Shown here: piece after piece, positions 45,918-55,671 of the stretch | Numbering within the stretch: the first letter of the stretch is position 1 | How the letters are laid out: every line of letters begins with the position of its first letter | Source: a bacterium | GTDB lineage: Bacteria; Actinomycetota; Coriobacteriia; Coriobacteriales; Eggerthellaceae | Direction: 5' to 3' | Length of the DNA stretch: 64,000 bases | Assembly (NCBI GenBank): GCA_963621885.1 | Contig: CAVFFT010000004.1 | Span: 12 to 64,011, forward strand | Program-made: the position numbers and the translations under genes | The notes under the pieces: generated by a model | What the model saw: only the letters and a program-made list of their open reading frames with translations | Database searches by the model: none | Told to the model about the DNA's origin: nothing

Positions 45918-47225
45918 TTGTTCTTTCAAGAGGAACTCGAGACGCTTTCCCGCGAAAAGCTGAATGAGCTTCAGCTCGAGCGGGCACAGGAACTTGTTAA
46001 ATACGTATACGAGCGGATTCCCTTTTATACCGACCTTTTCGACAAGGCGGGCGTGTCTCCTTCTGACTTGAAATCGCTCGATGACCTGCCGCGTTTCCCT
46101 TTCACGGTCAAGCAGAACCTGCGCGATGCCTATCCTTTCGACATGTTTGCGGTGCCGATGGACGAGGTGGCGCGCATCCATTGCTCCTCGGGCACGACCG
46201 GCACGGCAAGCGTTGTCGGCTACACGCAGCACGACCTTGACGAGTGGGCCGACTGCTTCGCGCGTTTCGTGCGCGCAGCCGATTGTGGCCCCGGTTCGGT
46301 GATGCAGGTAGGCTATGGCTACGGCCTGTTCACCGGCGGTCTCGGCGCCCACTTCGGCGGCGAGCGCGCTGGCTGCGCCCTGCTTCCGACCTCGACCGGC
46401 AACACGAAGCGCCAGGTTCGCCTGATGCGCGACTTCGGCACGGAGGTTCTTGCCTGCACGCCGTCTTACGCGCTTGTTATCGCTGACACGATGATCGCAG
46501 CTGGCATCGACAAGTCCGAGCTGAAGCTGAAGTCGGCCATCCTTGGCGCCGAGCCCTGCTCTGAGGGCATGCGCAAGGAGATTGAGGAGAAGCTCGGCTG
46601 CCAGGTCTACGACATCTACGGCCTCTCCGAGGTCATGGGCCCCGGCGTCGCTTGCGAATGCGGCGAGCAGCATGGCCTCCATGTGAATGAGGACAAGTTC
46701 ATCATCGAGATCGTCGATCCGGAAACGCTTCAGCCGGTGCCTGATGGCGAATGGGGCGAAGTGGTCTTCACGACGCTTACCAAGCAGTGCAGCCCGCTCG
46801 TGCGCTATCGCACGCGCGACATCTCGCGCATCATCCCTGGCGAATGCCCCTGCGGCCGTACCGGCAAGCGCATGGACCGCATCGCCGGCCGTACCGACGA
46901 CATGCTCATCATTCGTGGCGTCAATGTCTTCCCGGTGCAGTTCGCCCAGGTCATTTCCGAGTTCCCCGAAGTCACGTCCTACTACCAGATCGTGCTTACG
47001 ACCAAGGGCTCCCTCGACGCGGTCGAACTCGACATCGAGACCGTCACGGATTTCCCCTTCGACGAGATCCGCCGTCTTCAGGACCTGAAGAAGCGCATCG
47101 AGGCCGCTCTGAAGGGCAACCTGCAGGTCGCGGTCAACGTCAAGATCGTCGAGCCGATGACCATCGAACGCGCCGAAGGCAAAGCCAAGCGCATTATCGA
47201 CCTGAGAGGAGAAGCGAATGCTTAA
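45918..47225 (+). CDS. paaK: Phenylacetate--CoA ligase family protein (PaaK-like aryl-acetate CoA ligase)
   Basis: LQLERAQELVKYVYERIPFY..., HCSSGTTGTASV, YGLSE, IRGVNVFP. TTG start follows GGAAAGGAG plus 6 nt. Confidence 0.85.
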   Translation: MFFQEELETLSREKLNELQLERAQELVKYVYERIPFYTDLFDKAGVSPSDLKSLDDLPRFPFTVKQNLRDAYPFDMFAVPMDEVARIHCSSGTTGTASVVGYTQHDLDEWADCFARFVRAADCGPGSVMQVGYGYGLFTGGLGAHFGGERAGCALLPTSTGNTKRQVRLMRDFGTEVLACTPSYALVIADTMIAAGIDKSELKLKSAILGAEPCSEGMRKEIEEKLGCQVYDIYGLSEVMGPGVACECGEQHGLHVNEDKFIIEIVDPETLQPVPDGEWGEVVFTTLTKQCSPLVRYRTRDISRIIPGECPCGRTGKRMDRIAGRTDDMLIIRGVNVFPVQFAQVISEFPEVTSYYQIVLTTKGSLDAVELDIETVTDFPFDEIRRLQDLKKRIEAALKGNLQVAVNVKIVEPMTIERAEGKAKRIIDLRGEANA

Positions 47226-47643
47226 TCAGCTTACTGTCTTCCTGCAGAATCGCGAGGGCCGTCTTGCCCAGATGTGCCGCGTGCTTGCCGATGCGGGCAT
47301 CAACATGCATTCCCTTTTCGTGGCCGACACGGTCGACTTCGGTGTGGCGCGCGTCTTCTGCGACCATCCGCGTGCGGCGCGCAAGGCACTCAATGCCGCC
47401 GGTTTCCGCGTCAGCGTGATTCCGGTTGTCGGCGTCAAGGTGCCGAACCGCGTGGGCGGTCTTGCCGACCTGCTCGAGTTCTTCAACAAGAACGATATCA
47501 ACATCGAATACGGCTACTGCTTCACCATCAATGATGACCAGGCCATCGACATCGTGAAGGCGGATGACGCCGATGTTGAAAAGCTGCTTCTTGACGCTGG
47601 CTTCGAGCTGGTGAGCAAGGAGGAAATCTACCAGCGTGACTAG
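47218..47643 (+). CDS. Tandem ACT-domain protein
   Basis: 141 aa. MLNQLTVFLQNREGRLAQMCRVLADAGINM... repeated as VVGVKVPNRVGGLADLLEFFNKNDINI. Overlaps the paaK stop by 8 nt. Confidence 0.75.
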   Translation: MLNQLTVFLQNREGRLAQMCRVLADAGINMHSLFVADTVDFGVARVFCDHPRAARKALNAAGFRVSVIPVVGVKVPNRVGGLADLLEFFNKNDINIEYGYCFTINDDQAIDIVKADDADVEKLLLDAGFELVSKEEIYQRD

Positions 47644-49045
47644 CCGTTCCGCACAGATCCGTTTCGCTTTCATGCAATACGCAAGCCGCATGGCTTGCGT
47701 ATTGGCGTGTGCGCTTGCCTGTCTTGCAATTTGCGTGCCGACCGCCTCTGCCGAGGTGCGCTCGACCGATATCATTTGCGGTCAGACGGTCGCGCAGAGG
47801 GGCTTCACGAGCAGTCTTTGCCCCGGTATCGAAGCGAATCACGCCATGCTCATCGATGAGGATGGCAAGATCTACTTCGAGCGCGATGCGCACAGCGCCA
47901 CGAAAATCGCCTCGGTAACCAAGGTGATGACCGCCATTGTCGCGATGGAATACAATCCCGCGCTTGATGCGACTATTACCGTGACCGAAGAAGCCGCGGA
48001 AGTGGGCGAGTCGACCGCGAATCTCCAAGAGGGCGACACGCTCACCTTGAAGAACGCGCTGACGGCGATGATGGTGGCATCCGGCAACGATGCGGCTGAA
48101 AGCATCGCTGCTTCCCTTGGCGCGCAAATGCTCTCCGACGATGGCAGCAGCAGCTCCTCGGAAGAAGCATGCGTCGCGCGCTTCGTGCAGGCAATGAATG
48201 ACAAGGCAACCGAAATGGGACTCGAGGACACGCTCTTCACAAACCCGCACGGCCTTGACGACGGCGACAATGAGGGCGATCAGCACAGCACCGCATCCGA
48301 TGTGGCCGCCGAAGTGATGCTTGCAATGCAGAATGAGGATTTCCGCAGCATCGTCGGAAGCGCGACTGCGAAGGTCCAGCTTACGCGTAATGGCGAGAAG
48401 ACGACAATCGAGCTGACAAGCACCGACGAGCTTCTGACCAGCTACGATGGAACCGTTGGCGTCAAGACGGGATTCACCGACCTCGCGGGCGCCTGTTTCG
48501 CTGGCGCCAACGACCACGACGGCAAGGAATACTACGCCATCGTGCTCGATTCACCCGACGAGGCGCAGCGATTCACCGACACCTCGACACTCTGGGACTG
48601 GTGCTACAACTACCTGATTGAATATCAGCTGGTCAACACGCCGGATACCGATGAAGTAACGACCGAAGACGGTTCAACGGACACGACGCCGGTGCTCGCG
48701 TATGTTGCGCACAGCGACTGGATGGATGTCTCGGTACCTGCTACCGTCGCGAATCCCGACGAGGCAATGAAGATATTCACGCTTGACGGCAATGTGTCGC
48801 AGGAAATGACCGTCGAGGACCTGCATGGTTATGTTAATGCGGGCGATAAGGTTGGCACCATCACCTTCAAGCAGCACAATGAAGTTATAGCGACCATCGA
48901 TCTTGTGGCGGCACAGGACGTGGCTGGTCCGAACCCGATAGAGGCCGTGAGCATCTGGTGGCAGCGCCTTACGGGGAATGACGCAGTCGCACAAAGCGTT
49001 CTCGTTAATGAGAGCTTGCTGGTCATAGACAAGACGGCGGTGTGA
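47636..49045 (+). CDS. Serine-type D-Ala-D-Ala carboxypeptidase (peptidase S11, PBP5-like)
   Basis: Signal peptide ...CLAICVPTASA; motifs SVTK (SxxK), SGND (SxN) and KTGFT (KTG). The start could instead be ATG 47672. Confidence 0.85.
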   Translation: MTSRSAQIRFAFMQYASRMACVLACALACLAICVPTASAEVRSTDIICGQTVAQRGFTSSLCPGIEANHAMLIDEDGKIYFERDAHSATKIASVTKVMTAIVAMEYNPALDATITVTEEAAEVGESTANLQEGDTLTLKNALTAMMVASGNDAAESIAASLGAQMLSDDGSSSSSEEACVARFVQAMNDKATEMGLEDTLFTNPHGLDDGDNEGDQHSTASDVAAEVMLAMQNEDFRSIVGSATAKVQLTRNGEKTTIELTSTDELLTSYDGTVGVKTGFTDLAGACFAGANDHDGKEYYAIVLDSPDEAQRFTDTSTLWDWCYNYLIEYQLVNTPDTDEVTTEDGSTDTTPVLAYVAHSDWMDVSVPATVANPDEAMKIFTLDGNVSQEMTVEDLHGYVNAGDKVGTITFKQHNEVIATIDLVAAQDVAGPNPIEAVSIWWQRLTGNDAVAQSVLVNESLLVIDKTAV

Positions 49046-49198
49046 CGGTGATAAGTAAAACCGCGCAGATGGCAAGCGAAACGCACATGAGCAAGGGCTA
49101 AGATAGGCAAGCGCACTCAGCAAGCAAGGGTGCGGCAGGCTTAATCAAAAAGCCCCGCTGAAGTGAAGTGCAGATTGATCGGGAAAGGAAATGTGGAC

Positions 49199-49651
49199 AT
49201 GGAAAAGAATTGCCCCGTATGCAAGCAAGAGGTTTCCCCGCTCGACGCGGTCTGCCCTTCCTGTGGATTCAAACTCCTTGAGGCGACGCAGGCCATGAGG
49301 CCTCTTCACCTTGATGCTGAAGGCAAGCTTCAGACCGCCCCTACAAGCGAGGCGCATCATGCGTCGCTTTCGGTATTGAAGGGGCCGCAAACCGGCATTC
49401 GCATCGATCTTGCCGATGAAGCGGGCGAAGGCCTCATCGCGGGCCGCAATCCGGAATGCGCGGTCTTCCTCAATGACATGACGGTGTCGCGCGAGCATGC
49501 ACGGCTGGAGAAGACGCCGGCTGGCTGGCGCATCACCGACCTCAAGAGCTTCAACGGTACCTGGATCAACAATTGCAATATCACGAGCGTGACTCTGAAA
49601 GACGGAGACATCATTCAGATTGGCGCTTTTTGCCTGCGTTTCGATAGCTAG
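49199..49651 (+). CDS. Zinc-ribbon plus FHA domain protein
   Basis: CPVCKQEVSPLDAVCPSCG, then FHA core AGRNPECAVFLNDMTVSREHARLE...DLKSFNGTWINN...GDIIQIG. ATG 49199 lies within track ORF 49163..49651. Confidence 0.75.
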   Translation: MEKNCPVCKQEVSPLDAVCPSCGFKLLEATQAMRPLHLDAEGKLQTAPTSEAHHASLSVLKGPQTGIRIDLADEAGEGLIAGRNPECAVFLNDMTVSREHARLEKTPAGWRITDLKSFNGTWINNCNITSVTLKDGDIIQIGAFCLRFDS

Positions 49652-49747
49652 AACCTAAAGATGCAAATTGGCTGGCATCCGCGCATGCGGGTGTGAGGGC
49701 AAGCGGCAGACACGCAATCTGCCAATCGGAAAGGGAGAGGAGACAAG

Positions 49748-51496
49748 GTGGCATTCTTATCGGGTAACGAGGCGATTGCCCAAGGCGCTTGGGAGGCAGG
49801 CGCTCATATCGGCGTCGCTTATCCTGGCACGCCTTCGACGGAAACGATGGAGGAGTTCGCGAAGAAGAGCGATGTCTACGCGGAATGGGCTCCGAATGAA
49901 AAGGTGGCCGTCGAGGTCGCTGTTGGCGCAAGCGCAGGTGGCGCGCGTGTTCTTTCGACCATGAAGCACGTCGGCGTCAACGTCGCTGCCGACCCGCTTT
50001 TCACCTCGTCCTACACGGGCGTGAATGGCGGCATACTTATCCTGTGCGCCGACGACCCGGGCATGTTCTCCTCGCAGAACGAGCAGGATTCGCGCTTCTA
50101 CGCGCATGCTGCCGGCATTCCGATGTTCGAGCCTTCCGACTCCGCTGAGGCCCGTCTCTTCGCGCATGACGCGTACGAGCTCTCTGAACGGTTCGACACG
50201 CCGTGGATGATTCGCACGACCGTCCGCACGAGCCATGCGAAGACCGTTGTCGAGACGGGGGAGCGGGAGAGCGTCGCGATTCGTCCCTATGAGAAGGACC
50301 CGGGCAAATGGGTCATGATGCCGGCATTCGCGAAGCCGCGTCGTATCGTGCAGCGAGCGCGTCTTGATGCGTTGGCGGAATGGGCAAACACCTGCCCGTA
50401 CAACAAGATGGAGCTGCGCGATCGCAAGATCGGCATCGTCTGTTCGGGTGCCGCTTACCAGTACGTGCGCGAAGCCATGCCGGACGCAAGCACCTTCAAG
50501 CTCGGTCTTGTATGGCCGCTTCCGCAGGCTTCTCTCGCTGAGTTTGAACGCGAAGTCGACGCCCTCTATGTCGTCGACGAGGCGAGCGACTACCTGTCGA
50601 GCCACGTGAAGGCCCTTGGCATCACCGTCACGCCTTTTGAAAACTCTCTCCCGCTTTGCGGCGAGGTGTCGCCTCTCGCTATCAAGCAGGCATTTGGCGA
50701 GCCCGTTCCCGCACACACGGAAACGCCTGATGACATTCCTGGCCGCCCGCCGGCGCTCTGCCCGGGCTGCCCGCATCGTCCGGTCTTCAAGGAGCTTGCG
50801 CGCCTCCGTGCAATCGTGACCGGCGATATCGGATGCTACACCCTCGGCGCCTTGCCGCCGCTTTCCGCAATGGATACCACGGTTGACATGGGCGCTTCCA
50901 TCTCGATGGCGCATGGCTTCGAACTCGCGATGGCAAACGTCGAGCATCGTCCCATTGTCGGCATCATCGGCGACTCGACCTTCGCACATTCGGGCATTTC
51001 GTCCTTGCTGGGAACCGCCTACAACAATGGCGCGGGCACCATCTGCATTCTCGACAACCGCACGACCGCGATGACCGGCCAGCAGGGCAACCCCTGCAAC
51101 GGCATCACGCTCCAGCATCGCCCGAGCCGCGAACTCAATATCGAGCGCGTGGTGGAAGCCCTCGGCATCACCGATATCCAGACGGTGAATCCGCATGACG
51201 TTGCCGCGGTTCGCCAGGCCTTGAAGTCGGCGACCTCGCGCACCGATGAACTTTCGGTCATCGTCTTCCGCGCCCCTTGCGTCCTGCTCGACAAGAAGAG
51301 CCGCAAGACACCTTATACGGTAGGGGAGAACTGCACCGCCTGCGGTTCGTGCATCCGTATTGGCTGCCCGGCGCTTTCGCGCATTCCCGAGACGGGCTGT
51401 GCCTCCATCGATCCGCAGCTCTGCAACGGCTGCGGCGACTGCGCGCAGTACTGCAACTTCGATGCGATTTCCATCCCGGCAGGAGAGGATGAATAA
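49748..51496 (+). CDS. iorA: Indolepyruvate:ferredoxin oxidoreductase alpha subunit
   Basis: FLSGNEAIAQGAWEAG...YPGTPSTE, TPP-binding GDIGCYTLG...GDSTFAHSG, C-terminal 2x CxxCxxCxxxC. Confidence 0.9.
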   Translation: MAFLSGNEAIAQGAWEAGAHIGVAYPGTPSTETMEEFAKKSDVYAEWAPNEKVAVEVAVGASAGGARVLSTMKHVGVNVAADPLFTSSYTGVNGGILILCADDPGMFSSQNEQDSRFYAHAAGIPMFEPSDSAEARLFAHDAYELSERFDTPWMIRTTVRTSHAKTVVETGERESVAIRPYEKDPGKWVMMPAFAKPRRIVQRARLDALAEWANTCPYNKMELRDRKIGIVCSGAAYQYVREAMPDASTFKLGLVWPLPQASLAEFEREVDALYVVDEASDYLSSHVKALGITVTPFENSLPLCGEVSPLAIKQAFGEPVPAHTETPDDIPGRPPALCPGCPHRPVFKELARLRAIVTGDIGCYTLGALPPLSAMDTTVDMGASISMAHGFELAMANVEHRPIVGIIGDSTFAHSGISSLLGTAYNNGAGTICILDNRTTAMTGQQGNPCNGITLQHRPSRELNIERVVEALGITDIQTVNPHDVAAVRQALKSATSRTDELSVIVFRAPCVLLDKKSRKTPYTVGENCTACGSCIRIGCPALSRIPETGCASIDPQLCNGCGDCAQYCNFDAISIPAGEDE

Positions 51497-51497
51497 C

Positions 51498-52103
51498 ATG
51501 CTAGAAATTGATATGAAAGCCACCAAGACGCTCCTGCTCTGCGGTGTCGGTGGTCAAGGAACCATCCTCGCATCCGATCTCTTGAGCCGCACGATTCAGG
51601 CAGCGGGCCTCGATGTCAAGATGAGCGAGATTCACGGCATGGCCCAGCGTGGCGGCGCTGTGACGACGATTGTGCGCTTTGGCGAGCACGTGAACTCCAT
51701 GGTGTGCGACACCGGAAGCGCCGATTACATCCTCTCGTTTGAGACGACCGAAGCGCTGCGCAACATCTCCTTCCTGAAAACCGGCGGTACGCTGCTCGTG
51801 AATGACGAGTCTATGAAGCCGCAGCCGGTTCTCACAGGGAATGCCGAAATGCCCGCCAATGTGGAAGAGCGCCTGCGCGCGCTTGGCGGCGTGCTCATTC
51901 CGGCTTCGAAGCTCGCACGTGAAGCGGGCTCGCCGAAGTCGGCAAACGTCGTCCTTCTTGGCGCGCTTGCTGCCTCCATGCCTTTCTCGACCGAGAGCTG
52001 GGAAGCGGTCATCGCGGCGAAGGTTCCGCCCAAGACGATCGAGGCGAACATTCTCGCCTTCCATCTGGGTCTTGACGCCGCGAAGAGCGAGCAGAACAAG
52101 TAA
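51498..52103 (+). CDS. iorB: Indolepyruvate:ferredoxin oxidoreductase beta subunit
   Basis: LLCGVGGQGTILASDLL..., MSEIHGMAQRGGAV. ATG 51498 is 9 nt after AGGAGAGG, within track ORF 51360..52103. Confidence 0.85.
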   Translation: MLEIDMKATKTLLLCGVGGQGTILASDLLSRTIQAAGLDVKMSEIHGMAQRGGAVTTIVRFGEHVNSMVCDTGSADYILSFETTEALRNISFLKTGGTLLVNDESMKPQPVLTGNAEMPANVEERLRALGGVLIPASKLAREAGSPKSANVVLLGALAASMPFSTESWEAVIAAKVPPKTIEANILAFHLGLDAAKSEQNK

Positions 52104-52239
52104 GACGCGGCAACGCGACTGCTGATGCAGACGCCGCCATTTGAATACGAATGAGAGAAACGCGGTTTGGAAGCAGGCCGCGTTTTCATCTTGAATTGTT
52201 TAGAAGCAGTTTGTGATGGGGAAGGGAGGAGCCCACAGT

Positions 52240-53202
52240 ATGGAGACGACAAACGCGTTCCAAGCGCCTTGCGAAATGCCCGTGGTAGGGCGCATGGCAC
52301 CCACGCCAAGCGCCGATATGCATGTGGGGAACATCTTCTCCTGTCTTGTCGCCTGGCTTTGCGCGCGCAGTGCAAATGGCCGCATCGTCTTGCGCATTGA
52401 GGACCTTGACGAAGCACGCTGTTCACAGGCTCACGCAGACAGCATCATGCGCGACCTCGAGACACTCGGACTTTTCTGGGACAACGCTGAAGTCGTTTAC
52501 CAGTCGAAGCGCCGTGAAGCATACGACAAGGCCTTTGCGATGCTCGACGCTGAACAGCGCGTATACCCCTGCTTCTGCTCGCGTGCCGACCTTCACGCCG
52601 CATCAGCCCCGCATGTGGGGGAGCGCTATCTCTATCAGGGAACCTGCCGCGAACTTTCGCCTGATGAAATTGCCGAGCGCGCGACAAAACGCAAACCGGC
52701 GATGCGCTTGCGGGTCGAGAATCACCGAATCGAGATTGACGACCTCATTCAAGGTCGATACGTTCAGAATCTTGAAACGGAATGTGGCGACTTCATCATC
52801 CGGCGCTCAGACGGCGTTTATTCCTACCAGCTCGCCGTTGTGGTCGACGACCTCTATCAGGGCGTCAACCAGGTGGTACGCGGCCTCGACCTGCTGGATT
52901 CCGCGCCCCAGCAGAGCTATCTTCGTGAACTGATTACTCCCGATTCGCCAACAATCAGCTATGCGCATGTCCCGCTTCTTGTTGATGAGCAGGGAAGACG
53001 CTTGTCCAAGCGCAATCACGACCAGAGCCTTCAGGGCATGCTTGAACACTTCAAAAGCGTCGAGCACTTCATCGGGCGCGTTGCCTATCTCACGGGCCTG
53101 ATCGAGAGGGAAGAGCCTCTCACTGCTGCGGATCTCGTTGATGAATTCAATCCTGAAAAGCTCGCAGGGAAGCGCGTAATCGCCTGGAGCCTTCCCGAAT
53201 AG
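52240..53202 (+). CDS. gluQ: Glutamyl-Q tRNA(Asp) synthetase (truncated GluRS paralog)
   Basis: GRMAPTPSADMHVGN (HIGH-like), RIEDLD, YQLAVVVDD, LSKRN. About 320 aa with no anticodon-binding domain. Confidence 0.8.
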   Translation: METTNAFQAPCEMPVVGRMAPTPSADMHVGNIFSCLVAWLCARSANGRIVLRIEDLDEARCSQAHADSIMRDLETLGLFWDNAEVVYQSKRREAYDKAFAMLDAEQRVYPCFCSRADLHAASAPHVGERYLYQGTCRELSPDEIAERATKRKPAMRLRVENHRIEIDDLIQGRYVQNLETECGDFIIRRSDGVYSYQLAVVVDDLYQGVNQVVRGLDLLDSAPQQSYLRELITPDSPTISYAHVPLLVDEQGRRLSKRNHDQSLQGMLEHFKSVEHFIGRVAYLTGLIEREEPLTAADLVDEFNPEKLAGKRVIAWSLPE

Positions 53203-53293
53203 CCGGGTCGCTAAGAATTAAGGATCAAATCAGCCTAAAGCACTCTTACGCAAAGGCAGCCAAAGCCCGCTACAGCAGTCAGCCGGCAATCCC

Positions 53294-54496
53294 TTACGCG
53301 ACAACCATCACGACGCCGGAAAGCAGAATCGCCGCGCCGTAGACAAGTCCCAGGCACACATTGGCAGAGGTGATAGCCGACATAGCCGCCTGACGCGACT
53401 CGGCCTTCAGCGGGTTCCTGAAAAGCCCGGTCAGCGGGGGAATGGCGGACAACAGGAAGAGCAGCCCAAGCGAACCCGTGGGGTAGAAAATAACCACGAG
53501 AAGCGCGATCAGGATTATCCACGCGAACACGAGAATATGGTAGACGGAAACCGCGTCCTTGCGCCCGAGCACGACGGCCAGTGTATTGCGGGAGGCCTTG
53601 CGGTCCTTCTCGATGTCGCAGGTGTTGTTCGTCATCATGATCAGCCCGATGCCGATGATGCACGGAAGCGACAGGATGATCACCAGGAAAGAAACGGTCC
53701 CGGTCAGCGCAATGTAGCACGCGAAGGTGATGAGGCCTCCCATAACCACGCCGCTGACGATTTCACCCGCGGGCGTGTAGGAAAGCGGCTTGGGGCCACC
53801 GGAATAGAGATATACGCACACCGCGCCGATAATCGCGATGACAAGCGGCAAGAAGCCGGCATTCACGATCACGTAGATGCCGAGAACGAAAGCCGCAACC
53901 AGGAAGGCGACCGCAAGGTTGCGCGCGCCATAAGGCTCAACATTGTTGTAAACCAGCACGGCGTCGGTCGGATCATCCTGATTTTCGCGCGTGTCGGTGC
54001 CAGCGACGAAATCCTTGTAGTCGTTGAAGGTGTTCACAGCAGACTGCATTAACACGCTGATAAGCAGAAGAACGACGACCATAAGTGAAGAGAGCTGGCC
54101 TTCATCGGCAGTCGCAAGGCACATGGCGAGAAATACCGGCATGATGGATGCGGCCCAGGTATGAGGCGCCGCGAGCTCGAGAATCATGTGCGGCGTCAAG
54201 CCGCCAAAGAGGCCCTTCGAATTCTCGTCGCCTTTGACCGCGGCATCGAAAATGGAAGGCTTGCCATTGCTGGTCTTCTTGCTCTTGGGAATGAGGTTCT
54301 TCATGCCTCGCGCGACATTGCCGTCGTTAGCCGGCTTTGCCGGCCGTGGTTTCGGCTTCTTGGAGGACGGACGCGCCTTTTGCGGCTTCGGGGCTTTCTG
54401 AGGCTTTTCAGGGCGCTGCTGAGCCTGAGGCTGAGTCTGAGCCGGATTATCCGCGGCCTGCGTATCCGGTGCCTGATTTTGCGTTGTCTCTGGCAT
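53294..54496 (-). CDS. menA: UbiA-family prenyltransferase, MenA-like, with a roughly 100-aa Pro/Lys/Gln-rich N-terminal extension
   Basis: NTFNDYKDFVAGTD motif and 8-9 TM helices. N-terminus PETTQNQAPDTQAADNPAQTQPQAQQRPEKPQKAPKPQKARPSSKKPKPRPAKP. Confidence 0.8.
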   Translation of the reverse strand: MPETTQNQAPDTQAADNPAQTQPQAQQRPEKPQKAPKPQKARPSSKKPKPRPAKPANDGNVARGMKNLIPKSKKTSNGKPSIFDAAVKGDENSKGLFGGLTPHMILELAAPHTWAASIMPVFLAMCLATADEGQLSSLMVVVLLLISVLMQSAVNTFNDYKDFVAGTDTRENQDDPTDAVLVYNNVEPYGARNLAVAFLVAAFVLGIYVIVNAGFLPLVIAIIGAVCVYLYSGGPKPLSYTPAGEIVSGVVMGGLITFACYIALTGTVSFLVIILSLPCIIGIGLIMMTNNTCDIEKDRKASRNTLAVVLGRKDAVSVYHILVFAWIILIALLVVIFYPTGSLGLLFLLSAIPPLTGLFRNPLKAESRQAAMSAITSANVCLGLVYGAAILLSGVVMVVA

Positions 54497-54698
54497 AGTC
54501 TGTCCTCTGAATTACGTCTCGTCTTAATGCGTTCACCATTCTACTTCATAAGAGGGCCGGCCATGCGAGAGGTGAGCGAATGAGCACATCTAGGTTTACA
54601 TAACCTGTATTATCATACTTACATACATAAACAAGGGGAGTGGCGCGTTCTGATTTGCAACCAGAATTCGCGCCAACTCCCCTGTACACAGCACTTGC

Positions 54699-55154
54699 TT
54701 AAGCGGAAAAGCCGCTACTGCCAAAACCGCCCGCGGCACGCTCGGTTTCATCAAGCTCATCGGCCATATGGAAATTCACGTTCTCAACCTTCATGATAAC
54801 CAGCTGCGCAATGCGGTCGCCCGGTTCGATTTCAATCGCGTTCTTCGCATCAAGGTTTATCGCAATGACGCCAATATCGCCGCGATAATTGCTATCGATA
54901 AGCCCCGGGCTATTCACGAGCGAAAGCCCCTTCTTGATCGCGGCGCCCGACCGCGGCAGCACAAAGCCCGCATAGCCTTCAGGAATCGCCATCGCGAGAC
55001 CGGTCGGAATAAGCGCGCGCTCAAAGGGCTGCAGCACGACGCCTTCAAGGGCATGCAAATCGACACCCGCATCGCCGTGATACGCGTTCTCCGGCACAAT
55101 GGCCTTCTCGTCGAGCTTCTTAATGGGAATATGCAGCTGGTCGAGTTGAGTCAT
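54699..55154 (-). CDS. dut: dUTP diphosphatase
   Basis: GDAGVDLHA, LPRSGAAIKKG, GLIDSNYRGDIGVI, FGSSG. Confidence 0.9.
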   Translation of the reverse strand: MTQLDQLHIPIKKLDEKAIVPENAYHGDAGVDLHALEGVVLQPFERALIPTGLAMAIPEGYAGFVLPRSGAAIKKGLSLVNSPGLIDSNYRGDIGVIAINLDAKNAIEIEPGDRIAQLVIMKVENVNFHMADELDETERAAGGFGSSGFSA

Positions 55155-55600
55155 TAGCGATAGTCCTCCAATGCCTGTTTGAATTCCTCGATATTCTTGA
55201 AGTCCTTGTAGACACTTGCGAAGCGAATGTAAGCAACGTCATCAAGCCCCGCAAGACGCTCGAGCGCCATATCGCCCAGACGCTTCGATGCAATCTGAGA
55301 GGTGTTTGTCGCCCGCAAATCAGCTTCGATATCATCTATCAGGGCGTTTACCTGATCCGCGCCAATAGGACGCTTGGTGCAAGCCGTCACAAGGCCCCTG
55401 AAGAGCTTTTCACGGTTGTAGACCTCGGTAGACCCGTCCCGCTTCAAAACCGTCAGCGGAGAATCGCCCAGACGCTCATAGGTGGTGAAACGCTGGCCGC
55501 AAGAAAGGCATTCCCTTCGGCGCCTAATGGTCGCGCCATCATCGGACGGACGCGAATCGACAACTTTTGAATCGGGATGGTTGCAGTTTGGGCACCGCAT
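55154..55600 (-). CDS. nrdR: Transcriptional repressor NrdR
   Basis: MRCPNCNHPDSKVVDSR...RRRECLSCGQRFTTYE plus ATP-cone. Stop overlaps the dut start (TAATG). Confidence 0.95.
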   Translation of the reverse strand: MRCPNCNHPDSKVVDSRPSDDGATIRRRRECLSCGQRFTTYERLGDSPLTVLKRDGSTEVYNREKLFRGLVTACTKRPIGADQVNALIDDIEADLRATNTSQIASKRLGDMALERLAGLDDVAYIRFASVYKDFKNIEEFKQALEDYR

Positions 55601-55671
55601 GTTACACGCTCCTTTGGAGTCCTGTCTCGTTTGTGGTCTCTTTTGACTCGCCGCGCTATTCTACCATGTAA

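Noticed and set aside
49757-51526. 589-aa minus-strand ORF. Similar long antisense ORFs lie opposite gltB (6974..8413, 8573..9631), echA (37292..38782), the acyl-CoA dehydrogenase (18529..19884), argS, the VanW gene and others.
   Set aside because: Each is fully contained opposite a gene with clear family motifs. All have arginine-rich low-information sequence. I treat them as non-coding.
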